This document shows positions 1 to 9,324 of a stretch of 26,828 bases of DNA, piece after piece; the first letter of the stretch is position 1; every line of letters starts with the position of its first letter. The notes beneath the pieces are model-generated. The model was not told the DNA's origin and did not search any database. It saw only the letters and a list, made by a program, of their open reading frames with translations. The position numbers and the translations under genes are program-made. This DNA is from Thermoprotei archaeon (lineage in GTDB: Archaea > Thermoproteota > Thermoprotei > QMSL01 > B3-G16). The stretch spans positions 1 to 26,828 of the forward strand of contig QMSL01000001.1 in the NCBI GenBank assembly GCA_003649665.1, read 5' to 3'.

Positions 1-77
1 GGCAAGAATGCTGAATATGTTACCACTAATACGATTAGCATTTTGGTTAGCTTAACGTAGTCTACTTGTAGGACCAT
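1..77 (-). CDS. Possible 5' end of a hydrophobic (membrane?) protein running off the left edge
   Basis: ATG at 77 on the minus strand opens a frame MVLQVDYVKLTKMLIVLVVTYSAFL.. with no stop before position 1. It is divergent from rfcS across an AT-rich spacer. Too short to identify. Confidence 0.25.
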   Translation of the reverse strand, partial: MVLQVDYVKLTKMLIVLVVTYSAFL

Positions 78-288
78 TATTCTAGATCTCTAGGCTTTGC
101 GCTTAAATAGATATTGATGCCCTAGCCTCGAACTAAATTACCTTTTAATCCTTCACAACAAACTGTTCCTCTCTTATGGTCAATCGCTAATAATCTTCCC
201 CGCATTTGATATATGTGTATATATGCTACTTCTTATACTAACGCTACGCATTAATATCTGCTAGTCATTTTATGAGATAGGGATCTTA

Positions 289-1275
289 GTGAGCGAGATA
301 CTTTGGGCTGAGAAATATAGACCTAGAACCCTTGACGAAATAGTTGACCAAGAGGAAATAGTCTCAAGATTAAAGCAGTTCGTAAAGGAGAAGAACGTAC
401 CTCACCTGCTATTCGCTGGTCCTCCAGGCACCGGAAAGACAACTGCAGCTCTTGCCCTTGCCCATGACCTATATGGTGAAAGATGGCGAGAGAACGTGCT
501 AGAACTTAATGCATCTGATGAGAGAGGTATCGCTACTATCAGGGAGCGCGTAAAGGAATACGCACGTACTGTAGCGCTAGGAGAGGTTCCATTTAAGTTA
601 ATAATCCTTGATGAAGCCGACAACATGACTGCTGATGCACAGCAGGCCTTACGTAGGATAATGGAATTATACACCGTAACCGCAAGGTTCTGCCTTATAG
701 CAAACTATCCCTCTAAGATAATTGAGCCCATTCAGTCAAGATGTGCCTTCTTTAGGTTCAAACCTCTTAGTAAAGAACACGTATTCCAGAGACTTAGATA
801 TATAGCTGAGCAAGAGGGTGTTAAAGTGACTGAGGAGGGTCTAGAAGCCATATGGGAGGTAAGCCAAGGCGATATGAGGCGAGCTATAAATACACTTCAG
901 GCGGCTGCTGCATTAGGTGTGGTGACCGCGGAGACAGTATACAAAGCAGTGGGAATGGCTAAGCCTAAAGAGGTACAGGAGATGTTAATGTTAGCGCTTA
1001 AGGGAGACTTCTTAGGAGCTCGGGATAAACTAAGGGAGCTCACGATAAATTACGGTCTCTCTGGAATTGACATAATAAAACAAATCCACAGGGAGATATT
1101 TAATCCGAGATCTTCAATAAAGTTACCTGAGGACATAAAGGTGGAAATTGCAGATCTAGCAGGTGAAGTTGAATTCAGGATGGTTGAGGGAGCTGATGAC
1201 GAAATACAACTATGCGCATTTCTGGCAAAACTTGCGCTTATAGGGAAGAAGTTAAGATATGGAGGGAAGTCATGA
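289..1275 (+). CDS. rfcS: Replication factor C small subunit
   Basis: WAEKYRP, Walker A GPPGTGKT, ELNASDERG, Walker B LIILDEAD, SRC motif (IQSRC). 328 aa, no intein. Confidence 0.97.
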   Translation: MSEILWAEKYRPRTLDEIVDQEEIVSRLKQFVKEKNVPHLLFAGPPGTGKTTAALALAHDLYGERWRENVLELNASDERGIATIRERVKEYARTVALGEVPFKLIILDEADNMTADAQQALRRIMELYTVTARFCLIANYPSKIIEPIQSRCAFFRFKPLSKEHVFQRLRYIAEQEGVKVTEEGLEAIWEVSQGDMRRAINTLQAAAALGVVTAETVYKAVGMAKPKEVQEMLMLALKGDFLGARDKLRELTINYGLSGIDIIKQIHREIFNPRSSIKLPEDIKVEIADLAGEVEFRMVEGADDEIQLCAFLAKLALIGKKLRYGGKS

Positions 1276-2582
1276 GCTTAAGGATTCCTTGGGCTGAGAA
1301 GTATAGACCTAAGCGATTAAATGAGATAATCGGAAATAGGAGGGCAGCCTTAGAGCTATACCGTTGGGTTCTTCAGTGGACTAAAGGTATTCCCGATAAG
1401 AAGGCAGCGCTCCTCTACGGTCCTCCAGGTACCGGGAAGACAACTGCTGTATACGCTGTAGCAAATGAACTTGGATATGAGGTCATAGAAATGAATGCTA
1501 GCGACCTACGTCGTGCTCAAGATATAGATCGCGTTATAGCAAGGGCTGTTAGCGTAGGCTCTCTCTTCGGAGCTAAAGGACGAATAATCCTTCTTGACGA
1601 GATAGACGGTATGAGTGGAACTGAGGATAGGGGTGGCCTCTCTGAGATACTCAGAGTAATAGAGGTAACTAGAGTTCCGATAGTCATGACCGCTAATGAT
1701 CCATGGGATCCCAAGTACAGACCTCTAAGGGATGTCTCAGTTCTCATAAGGTTTAACAGAGTTAATAAAAACATAGTAACGAAAATACTCCAGAACATAT
1801 GTATGAAAGAGGGGATAAAGGCCGATTTAAGTGCGCTGAGGTTAATAGCAGAGCTTTCTGAGGGTGACGTTCGTTCAGCTATAAACGACTTACAAGCGAT
1901 AGCTGAGGGTCGTAAAGTGGTAACTGTGGAGGATGTTAAAGCATTAATCGCAAAAAGGTATAGGGAGTACGATGCATTCACTGTACTAAAGCTCCTCTTC
2001 TCATCTAGAACTTCTGAACAGGCGAGAGCAGTTCTGAGTCAGTCCTCATTAGATTATAATGATCTAAAGGAGTGGATACATGAGAACCTTCCCTATCAAT
2101 ACTCTGATCCTGAAGAACTCGCTGAAGCCTATGATGCTTTAGCGAAAGCTGACGTCTATTTAGGTAGGATAGTCAAATCTCAGGACTGGGGCCTACTTAG
2201 CTATGCAATAGACATGATGACTGCTGGTGTTGCTATGGCTAGGAGACATCCCTACCACTTCGTAAAGTATAAATTCCCAAGCAGAATGCTAATTTTATCT
2301 AAGACTAAGGAAGTACGTCAGATAAGAGATAGAGTGCTTGAACGCATAGCTCGTAAGGCTCATATATCAAAACGAGGTGCAGCTACTGAGTATCTACCGT
2401 TCCTTCGTGTGATATTCCGTGCGAATCCTAAGATGGCGGCAGGAATAGCTAAGTGGCTTGAGCTTAACGAAGAGATGATAGAATACGTGGCGGGCGATAA
2501 GTCTATAGCTAAGAAGATAGTAGAATTCATAAAGCCTCAGGCTAAGACAAGGAGGAGAAGAACTCAAAGGACTCTGTTTTAG
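1272..2582 (+). CDS. rfcL: Replication factor C large subunit
   Basis: PWAEKYRP, GPPGTGKT, EMNASD, ILLDEIDG. Start set at ATG 1272, which overlaps the rfcS stop (ATGA); the track start at 1212 looks over-extended. Confidence 0.95.
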   Translation: MSLRIPWAEKYRPKRLNEIIGNRRAALELYRWVLQWTKGIPDKKAALLYGPPGTGKTTAVYAVANELGYEVIEMNASDLRRAQDIDRVIARAVSVGSLFGAKGRIILLDEIDGMSGTEDRGGLSEILRVIEVTRVPIVMTANDPWDPKYRPLRDVSVLIRFNRVNKNIVTKILQNICMKEGIKADLSALRLIAELSEGDVRSAINDLQAIAEGRKVVTVEDVKALIAKRYREYDAFTVLKLLFSSRTSEQARAVLSQSSLDYNDLKEWIHENLPYQYSDPEELAEAYDALAKADVYLGRIVKSQDWGLLSYAIDMMTAGVAMARRHPYHFVKYKFPSRMLILSKTKEVRQIRDRVLERIARKAHISKRGAATEYLPFLRVIFRANPKMAAGIAKWLELNEEMIEYVAGDKSIAKKIVEFIKPQAKTRRRRTQRTLF

Positions 2583-3381
2583 TACCGTAGGTGTAAGCAA
2601 CATCTAAAATTTCCTTACTTAATATTCCTCTAATGTATTTGATGCTTCTTAGGTCTACCTTGAAGTTAATATTATCATATGTTATATCCCATAATATAAG
2701 TCCCTCCGGTCTTGCAGGCTTTACTTCAAGCCTTATTTTCCTCTCGAGATGATATCTTAACTCATCTATATCAAGCTCTCCTCTGCCAACTGCTAATATA
2801 GCGCCTATTATCTTCCTTATCAAATATCGGTAGAAGCTACGTCCCCTTATCTCAAAGATGAGAAATTCTCCCTTCCTATTAACACTAATATATATCTCTC
2901 TTACACCACTCCTTCCTGAATCCGGTTTTGCCAAGAATTCATAATCATGTACTCCGCTTAACACATTGCATGCTATCTTAAGGCTTTCTATATCCTCACC
3001 TCGGTATGGAGAAACGTAGCGATATATGCGCATCCTTGCTTTGCGTCGTGGGTCAAAATTATTTGAAACGCGCGAAAATGCCCATAGCATTATGTTAGGC
3101 ATAATCCTTACATTTATCCACATAAGCCCCTCTTCCATCATTCGATCATAAACGGCCGCATCTGTATTAAATGCTATTACCTGCCCTATAGCGCTTACAC
3201 CCCTATCAGTCCTACTCGCGTATCCCCATCTTGCGCTTCTTAGATCATGAAATATCTTCATCTCAGTAAGGACTTCGATGAGTTTATTCTCTACTGTGTT
3301 ACCACCAGGTTGTCTCTGAAATCCATTGAAATATCGACCGTCATAATATACTTTAACTGCTACTCGTACTCTTCCTTTCAT
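2542..3381 (-). CDS. truA: tRNA pseudouridine(38-40) synthase
   Basis: YDGRYFNGFQRQP, ASRTDRGVSA with the catalytic Asp, GRSFYRYLIRKIIG, ARPEGLIL. Start is 3381 (ATG) or 3390 (TTG). Overlaps the rfcL 3' end convergently by 41 nt. Confidence 0.93.
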   Translation of the reverse strand: MKGRVRVAVKVYYDGRYFNGFQRQPGGNTVENKLIEVLTEMKIFHDLRSARWGYASRTDRGVSAIGQVIAFNTDAAVYDRMMEEGLMWINVRIMPNIMLWAFSRVSNNFDPRRKARMRIYRYVSPYRGEDIESLKIACNVLSGVHDYEFLAKPDSGRSGVREIYISVNRKGEFLIFEIRGRSFYRYLIRKIIGAILAVGRGELDIDELRYHLERKIRLEVKPARPEGLILWDITYDNINFKVDLRSIKYIRGILSKEILDVAYTYGTKTESFEFFSSLS

Positions 3382-3640
3382 ACTCCTCAAAGACCTTGAA
3401 GAGATTCTTTAATGCTTTAACCCTAGGATCATCTTCATTTATCCTAAATATTCTAATTCTTCCAAACCTCTTCTCCTCAACAAGTCCTGCTTTCTCTAGG
3501 CTTTTAAGATGAGAAACTGCTGTAGTATGATTTAACTCGGCCCTTTTAGCAAGCTCTGATATATTTAGCTCGCCCTTCTCGCATAATATTTTAAGGAGTC
3601 GTATGCGCCCACGTGAGGAGAGAACATCCTCCACTGGCAT
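3353..3640 (-). CDS. ArsR-like winged-helix DNA-binding protein
   Basis: SRGRIRLLKIL..GELNISELAKRAEL..TTAVSHLKSLEKAGLVEEKRFGRIRIF is a typical wHTH. Starts 3 nt after the cdc6 stop. Confidence 0.85.
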   Translation of the reverse strand: MPVEDVLSSRGRIRLLKILCEKGELNISELAKRAELNHTTAVSHLKSLEKAGLVEEKRFGRIRIFRINEDDPRVKALKNLFKVFEEYERKSTSSS

Positions 3641-3643
3641 GAA

Positions 3644-4864
3644 CTACCTCCTCCTCAAATACTCAACAAGGTGTTTTTCAAGAATTTTAGCAGGTACGTC
3701 TTGTAGACTTATAAGAGTCGTTTTTCCTCTATATCCAACTCCTGAGATCTCCGTCGCTATGATTCCAGCATTCCTAATGTTCTGAAGGTATTCCCATATC
3801 TGCGTATGTCTCCTTGGTCTTTCTCCCCATTCCTCGCATACTATTCTATATTCCTTCTCGACCATGCCGAAGGGCACCATAGCTTTCTCACTCTTTGCAA
3901 GACACCGTGCTATCGCTAAAAGTAATAACTTCTCATGTCTACTTAATCCCTCTATAAGCTCCATGCTTATTATAGGATGAGTATCCTGCTTGGCTTTACG
4001 TACATGTTCTAATGTTATCTTCTCCTTTCCTTCTTGCTCTGCATATTTCCCTGCTCTCCATAGGAGTTCTAATGCATATCTAGCATCTCCTGATCCTCCC
4101 TTATCAACTCCCGTTATCTCTGCGATTAGCTTAATTACTTCTATATCTAAGACTCCAGGGAGAAAAGCCTCTTTGGCTCTCTCGAAGAGAATATCAAATA
4201 TCTGAGATGACGTGTAAGGTGGGAATTTTATGACATTATGCATCATGGAGCTTGTTATACTCCTGTCTAAGAATTCAAAGACGGAGAGATCCCTTGATAT
4301 GAATATATAGCTGAACCTATGCTCTCCTTCTTCCTCTTCCTCTGTAATCCTAATTATATCGTATAGGACATCCTCACCAGATGATCTAATTAGGAAGTTT
4401 ACCTCATCTAGCGTGACTAAGAGGTACATGTTATTCTTCCTTAGATACTCCTTTATAACATGCATCATTTCATATGGCGATAACCCTCTCTTAGGAATTC
4501 CTGCAGAGAGTACATCTCCTATACGTTTAAGTATTAAGAAAAGCGTCCTATCCTTATGGCAATTTACGTGAACATATTTTAAGTTAACGCCCTTCTCTCT
4601 TGCTATCTTTTCAAAGAGGTATCCAAACCTCTTAGAGACTGCAGTCTTACCTGTACCAACATTCCCAACTATAATAACTTTCTGCGATATTATGCCTGGT
4701 GATTTAAGTATCACTCTGAATAGCCTTGCGAGAGCTCTTAACTGCTCTTCTCGATGAGGAAGCCTCTCTGGTACATAGTCTGGAAAGAGCTTACTCTCAT
4801 CCTTAAATATTCCAGATTTCTCAAATTCGTCCTTTATCATCTCGTACACGGATTCATCCTCCAT
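3644..4864 (-). CDS. cdc6: ORC1/Cdc6 replication initiator (Orc1-2-like by gene context)
   Basis: PDYVPERLPHREEQ, Walker A GNVGTGKT, Walker B LVTLDEV, GDARYALELL, C-terminal winged helix (GYRGKTTLI). Confidence 0.95.
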   Translation of the reverse strand: MEDESVYEMIKDEFEKSGIFKDESKLFPDYVPERLPHREEQLRALARLFRVILKSPGIISQKVIIVGNVGTGKTAVSKRFGYLFEKIAREKGVNLKYVHVNCHKDRTLFLILKRIGDVLSAGIPKRGLSPYEMMHVIKEYLRKNNMYLLVTLDEVNFLIRSSGEDVLYDIIRITEEEEEGEHRFSYIFISRDLSVFEFLDRSITSSMMHNVIKFPPYTSSQIFDILFERAKEAFLPGVLDIEVIKLIAEITGVDKGGSGDARYALELLWRAGKYAEQEGKEKITLEHVRKAKQDTHPIISMELIEGLSRHEKLLLLAIARCLAKSEKAMVPFGMVEKEYRIVCEEWGERPRRHTQIWEYLQNIRNAGIIATEISGVGYRGKTTLISLQDVPAKILEKHLVEYLRRR

Positions 4865-4956
4865 TTACTACATATCTTACGTTATTATCCTTAGCATTTA
4901 TAGGTTTCCTTCAGTTAAGGTTACTATTAGTAGAGAGAGGTGACCGAAAGTATTCT

Positions 4957-5514
4957 TCAATCTCTCAAATCCCACCTGGTCTTTTTCCTAAGCATCATAC
5001 ATCTCGGAAATACGCCTATTCCTATTGATTCATCCAATTCGTACAATATTACAACGAAATCCGGGTTACTTAAGCTAACTTTTAAATTACGTCCATGAAG
5101 GCGCCTCAATATTTCCTTACCTAAATACGCCTCTAATCTAGCAGAACCTACATTAAGTCTTCGAAAGTGCCCTTTACATCTAACCCGGAATGTGCAATTC
5201 TTTAACTTTTTCTCGGCTACTTTAACCACAGCGTTACTTAACTCCTTCAAGTCGCTTACATACGCTACCAAGTCCAGCGGAATTACATGGAATATCGTAG
5301 AGGTTATCCTTCCTTGTATCTCCTTCATAACTTTCTCTAACTTATCATCTGATGAAAGCTTAAGTAGAACAATTCCCCTACGAGATGTGGTATGTCTTGA
5401 AACATTCGGATCTATCGGAATTATGCAATCCAATGCCTCTTCATATGCGACCTTCTCCTTTCCTGGCTTCGTTGTTATTAGTATGAAAGGACCAGACAAT
5501 TGCTTATTATTCAT
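4957..5514 (-). CDS. THUMP domain RNA-binding protein
   Basis: LITTKPGKE at the N-terminus; TFRVRCK...LGKEI...KVSLSNPDFVV is a THUMP pattern. The frame is open from 5604, but a GAGGT ribosome-binding site at 5526-5522 favours ATG 5514 (or 5520). Confidence 0.8.
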   Translation of the reverse strand: MNNKQLSGPFILITTKPGKEKVAYEEALDCIIPIDPNVSRHTTSRRGIVLLKLSSDDKLEKVMKEIQGRITSTIFHVIPLDLVAYVSDLKELSNAVVKVAEKKLKNCTFRVRCKGHFRRLNVGSARLEAYLGKEILRRLHGRNLKVSLSNPDFVVILYELDESIGIGVFPRCMMLRKKTRWDLRD

Positions 5515-5694
5515 GATCATTACCTCATGATGTCGATATCTTTCCACTCTCCCTGTTTCTTTAATTATAGAACACACGCTTTCCATTACCTTCCTTATTT
5601 GCACTTAAGGTAATACCCTTTATTTTAAGTATTTTCTTTATCTAATCCCTTCTGCACTTGATCTATAGGAAAACTTGCTTCGAGGTTTTTGCCT

Positions 5695-6885
5695 ATGGAT
5701 GAAATAGATAAGCTCTTCGAGAAAGTCCTTGAGTCAAATATATTCAAAAACAGGGAAGCACTAAGGCCTGATCACGTACCTGATTACCTGCCTCATAGGG
5801 AGAGTCAAATAATGAAGCTTGCAAGCATAATAGCTCCTGCAATAAAGGGTGCTAGACCTTCAAATGTATTCATGTACGGAAAGCCAGGTACAGGAAAGAC
5901 TGCGGTAGCGAAATATGTACTTAGGAGATTAAAGGATAAAGTTAAGGATAGTGTGATTACAGCGTATATAAACTGTAGGGAAGCCGATACTAATTATAGG
6001 GTCTTAGCCGACCTATGCGCAGCAGTTAACGTCTATGTTCCATTTACTGGTCTTTCTACAGCCGAGGTTCTTAGACGTTTCATTAATGGTCTCGAATCTG
6101 AGGGTTGCCTTATGATAGCGGTACTTGACGAAATAGACGCTTTAGTGAAAAAGAGCGGTGATGCAATACTCTATCATTTAACAAGGATAAATGAGCGTTT
6201 AGTCAAGGCTAGGCTATCGATAATAGGAATAACGAACGATTTAAGACTTATGGAATACTTAGATCCTAGGGTTAAAAGTAGTCTAAGCGAGGAAGAAGTC
6301 GTATTTCCACCTTACACGTATGAGGAATTAAAGGATATACTTCAATCAAGAGCTGAGGAAGCATTTAATCCCGGAGTGCTGGAGGATGGAGTTATTCCCT
6401 TATGTGCTGCGATTGCTGCAAGAGAACATGGTGATGCCAGAAAAGCACTAGATCTCTTGAGAATAGCTGGTGAAATAGCTGAACGAAATGGTGATGCCAA
6501 GGTTACTGAACATCATGTGAGACTAGCTCAACGTGAGCTTGAACGCGACCATGTAGTAGACGTTATTAAGACGCTTCCTCTTCATGCTAGGTTAATATTG
6601 CTAGGCCTATACGTCCTCTCGAAAGATGGAAAAAGCACTGTAACAACAGGCGAACTATACGGAAAATATAGAGAACTATGTTCCAAGATAGGTGCAGATC
6701 CATTAACACAAAGGAGGATAAGCGACTTAATAGGAGAACTCGAGTTATTAGGCATAATAGATGCAAAAGTCATAAGTAGAGGACGTTATGGAAGAACTAG
6801 ACGAATAACCTTAGCCATTAGTAATAAAAGCTTAAAGGAAGGTCTTCTACAGAGCAATATAGCGTTAAGGGGCTTTATTGAATGA
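5695..6885 (+). CDS. cdc6: ORC1/Cdc6 replication initiator (Orc1-1-like)
   Basis: IFKNREAL.PDHVPDYLPHRE, GKPGTGKT, AVLDEID, GDARKALDLLR, SRGRYGRTR wing. GAGGT at 5682-5686; start is ATG 5695 or TTG 5689. Confidence 0.96.
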   Translation: MDEIDKLFEKVLESNIFKNREALRPDHVPDYLPHRESQIMKLASIIAPAIKGARPSNVFMYGKPGTGKTAVAKYVLRRLKDKVKDSVITAYINCREADTNYRVLADLCAAVNVYVPFTGLSTAEVLRRFINGLESEGCLMIAVLDEIDALVKKSGDAILYHLTRINERLVKARLSIIGITNDLRLMEYLDPRVKSSLSEEEVVFPPYTYEELKDILQSRAEEAFNPGVLEDGVIPLCAAIAAREHGDARKALDLLRIAGEIAERNGDAKVTEHHVRLAQRELERDHVVDVIKTLPLHARLILLGLYVLSKDGKSTVTTGELYGKYRELCSKIGADPLTQRRISDLIGELELLGIIDAKVISRGRYGRTRRITLAISNKSLKEGLLQSNIALRGFIE

Positions 6886-7457
6886 AAGTCTTAGGAGTAG
6901 AGGATGGTAGTTTTATACCAAGAGTCTCAAGGAAATGCCTTTTAGCGGGAGTGCTAATGGATGATTTAAGAATAGAGAATGTATTTATCAGAGTGATAAC
7001 TGTTGATGGGATGGATGTAACCGAAAAGGTATTGGACATTATTAAGGAATGTAAGGATGTTGATATTATCCTCTCCGGCGGCATTACTTTTGCTGGCTTT
7101 AATGTACTTAATCCATTTAAGATATACGAGGAAACTAACGTTCCCGTGATTATAATTTCGAGGAAGAGACCTAACAATAAGGCTGTATATAGAGCATTGG
7201 TAAGGCATTTCGAGGATTGGCGTATTAGATGGTCTATCATAAACAGGTTAGGCGAACCAGTACCTGTACTAAATTGGAGAGATGGAGTTACGCTTTATAT
7301 TGAACTAGTTGGAATAGGTCTGGAGAACGCTCTGGAAATAGTTGATTCATTAACTTTATGGGGGAAGAGGCCTGAACCACTACGCGTAGCAAGTTTAATA
7401 GCTAAAGGACTAAGCAGGATTATGGAAGTTAAGAACGCTAGTTCTCATATCGCTTAA
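6882..7457 (+). CDS. DUF99 family protein (endonuclease V-like fold)
   Basis: VLGVEDG, VDGMDVT, GITFAGFNV, and a C-terminal PEPLRVASLIA that resembles EndoV PEPxRxA. ATGA overlap with the cdc6 stop. Confidence 0.85.
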   Translation: MKVLGVEDGSFIPRVSRKCLLAGVLMDDLRIENVFIRVITVDGMDVTEKVLDIIKECKDVDIILSGGITFAGFNVLNPFKIYEETNVPVIIISRKRPNNKAVYRALVRHFEDWRIRWSIINRLGEPVPVLNWRDGVTLYIELVGIGLENALEIVDSLTLWGKRPEPLRVASLIAKGLSRIMEVKNASSHIA

Positions 7458-8672
7458 TCTAACGACTGCTACCACTCCTGGAGTTGGCTCAATACCCATA
7501 GTTCTCTGATATGCTGTTTGTCCTTGCCAAGTTCCAGTATTTACAAGCAATATTCCTTTATAACTACCAACTCCATATACATGAACATGACCCATGTGAA
7601 AGACATGTGGGGCCTCATCAATAACTAAGAAGTCTTTATCCAATGGTATTATTGGAGTTTTACCTCCATATATGGGAGCCAAATGTCTTACTTTAAGTAA
7701 ATGTCTCATAGATTTGATAATGCCTTCCTGACTAAAAGAGGCGCCTGGTAGTGCGGAAATTATATCGTCTAAGCTCCTACCATGTGAGATGAGGAACTTA
7801 ACTCCATGGAGCTCTATGAAGAGAGGATCACCAAATACGTGAACATTCGGCATCTCATAAAGTGGCTCTGCGTATTCCCTAAAGATAGTCACGTAGGGAA
7901 CTGCATGTACTGTAGCATCATGATTACCGGGGATAACAATTATCTCTATATGGTCTGGTATCTCGCTCAAGAATGCGGAAAGGGTCTCATATTGCTTGTA
8001 CAGCGAGCTTAACAGAAGTTCCTTATCCTGCCCAGGATATATGCCAACACCATCCACTAAGTCTCCCGCGATTATGATATACTTCACGGTATCCACTAAA
8101 TCTCTTGCCACGTCCACCTCGCCTTTAAGCCATTTTATGAAATGTCTGAACGATTTTTCGAAAAACATTTTACTTCCAACGTGCAGGTCAGAGATCAACA
8201 CTACGCTTAGATCAGGTACATCATGAGGACGTGGAGGCGCCTTTATATCCGGGAATATTATATCTTCTGCATATAATGTGCCATTTTTCATACGCCCCTC
8301 TATACCGATGCATGAATCATTTAATACATCCATAGCTTTAACGAAGGCCCTTGATGCATTCGTTACCACTACATCTACCATCCCCGTCTCATCTTCTAGC
8401 GTAAGCACTATTGCACTCTTACCTAATACTCGCTTATCGTATACTAGCCCCACTATCTTAACGTGCTCTCCTTCTCTCTTAGCTTCGGCTATGCTTCGTA
8501 CATCGTACATATCACCACGTCCCAACATTATCCTCCTTAATGTTCTGAGCCTATCAAGGAAGTATTCCCTAAATCCATCAACAGAGGCCTTAACTACTAT
8601 GTCCTGCTGTGGGCATTTTAGAACCCTTATCTCCTCCTCGTATTCTGATGCCTTGGGGATCAACCTCATCAC
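7410..8672 (-). CDS. DNA polymerase II (PolD) small subunit DP1, N-terminally short
   Basis: OB fold (VKIVGLV..LEDETG) followed by calcineurin-like phosphoesterase motifs SDLH, GDLVDG, PGNHD, SHG, GHVH; also RHLAPIYG and NTGTWQGQT. An in-frame TAG at 8699-8697 rules out a longer N-terminus. Confidence 0.92.
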   Translation of the reverse strand: MMRLIPKASEYEEEIRVLKCPQQDIVVKASVDGFREYFLDRLRTLRRIMLGRGDMYDVRSIAEAKREGEHVKIVGLVYDKRVLGKSAIVLTLEDETGMVDVVVTNASRAFVKAMDVLNDSCIGIEGRMKNGTLYAEDIIFPDIKAPPRPHDVPDLSVVLISDLHVGSKMFFEKSFRHFIKWLKGEVDVARDLVDTVKYIIIAGDLVDGVGIYPGQDKELLLSSLYKQYETLSAFLSEIPDHIEIIVIPGNHDATVHAVPYVTIFREYAEPLYEMPNVHVFGDPLFIELHGVKFLISHGRSLDDIISALPGASFSQEGIIKSMRHLLKVRHLAPIYGGKTPIIPLDKDFLVIDEAPHVFHMGHVHVYGVGSYKGILLVNTGTWQGQTAYQRTMGIEPTPGVVAVVRLSDMRTSVLNFHNPA

Positions 8673-9217
8673 CTTGGTAATATTAATGTTCCATCTCTAG
8701 CTCGAACCTCTCTATAATTGTTCGTATAATAGAGATATGCTGTTAATGCGGCAAGAATTGCATCTCTCTCATCTTTACTAAGACGTCTCCTCGAAAACTT
8801 AATGCTATATAACCTCATTATCTCTAGGAGATCAACCTTACCAAACTTTTTCATAAGAACTTTTAATGTTGATCTGGGATGAACTTCAATTACTCTAATC
8901 CCCGCCTCCTCTAGGAAACTCTTTAATTTTATACCTCTCTCAGTTAGCCTTCTCATCCCGGGAAATAATGGAGGAAGTACTGGAAGACCAAGCTTATGCA
9001 TGAATTTATCCACCTCTCTTAAATAACCCTCACGAGGCATTGTCAGCGGTGCATCTATAGCAACAATCAAGGGTTTAGGAGTAACAGTTATTTTAACTAT
9101 TTCTTCATCATCATATACCTTTACGACTCGAAGGGTCATACTCTGGCAATCGATCTCGGCAATCCCAGTAGGTCTCTTAGCAGAACCTGCTAAATCTATC
9201 CCTACTAATCTTACCAT
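8669..9217 (-). CDS. DUF429 family predicted RNase H-fold nuclease
   Basis: GIDLAG, AIDAPL, IEVHP, DAILAAL acidic motifs. AAGGAG site favours ATG 9217 (or 9223). The stop overlaps the DP1 start (GTGA). Confidence 0.82.
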   Translation of the reverse strand: MVRLVGIDLAGSAKRPTGIAEIDCQSMTLRVVKVYDDEEIVKITVTPKPLIVAIDAPLTMPREGYLREVDKFMHKLGLPVLPPLFPGMRRLTERGIKLKSFLEEAGIRVIEVHPRSTLKVLMKKFGKVDLLEIMRLYSIKFSRRRLSKDERDAILAALTAYLYYTNNYREVRARDGTLILPR

Positions 9218-9301
9218 ATTCATCTCCTTAACGTGCAATGAACTTTTTTACTAACGTTAAACTCTTTCAGTTATTCTCGGTAAAAATGTGAGAGGATTAA
9301 G

Positions 9302-9309
9302 TTTAAATG
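9302..9309 (+). promoter_or_regulatory. Candidate TATA box for speD-speE
   Basis: TTTAAATG in the divergent spacer upstream of speD. Confidence 0.5.
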
Positions 9310-9324
9310 CTTAGTCGTGTAGAT

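Noticed and set aside
122-205. 27-codon minus-strand ORF MRGRLLAIDHKRGTVCCEGLKGNLVRG
   Set aside because: Too short, with no motif or context to support it.
3629-3640. CCAGTGGAG (ORB-like core) on the minus strand at the HTH gene start
   Set aside because: Explained by the codons for MPVE; a single copy with no G-string.
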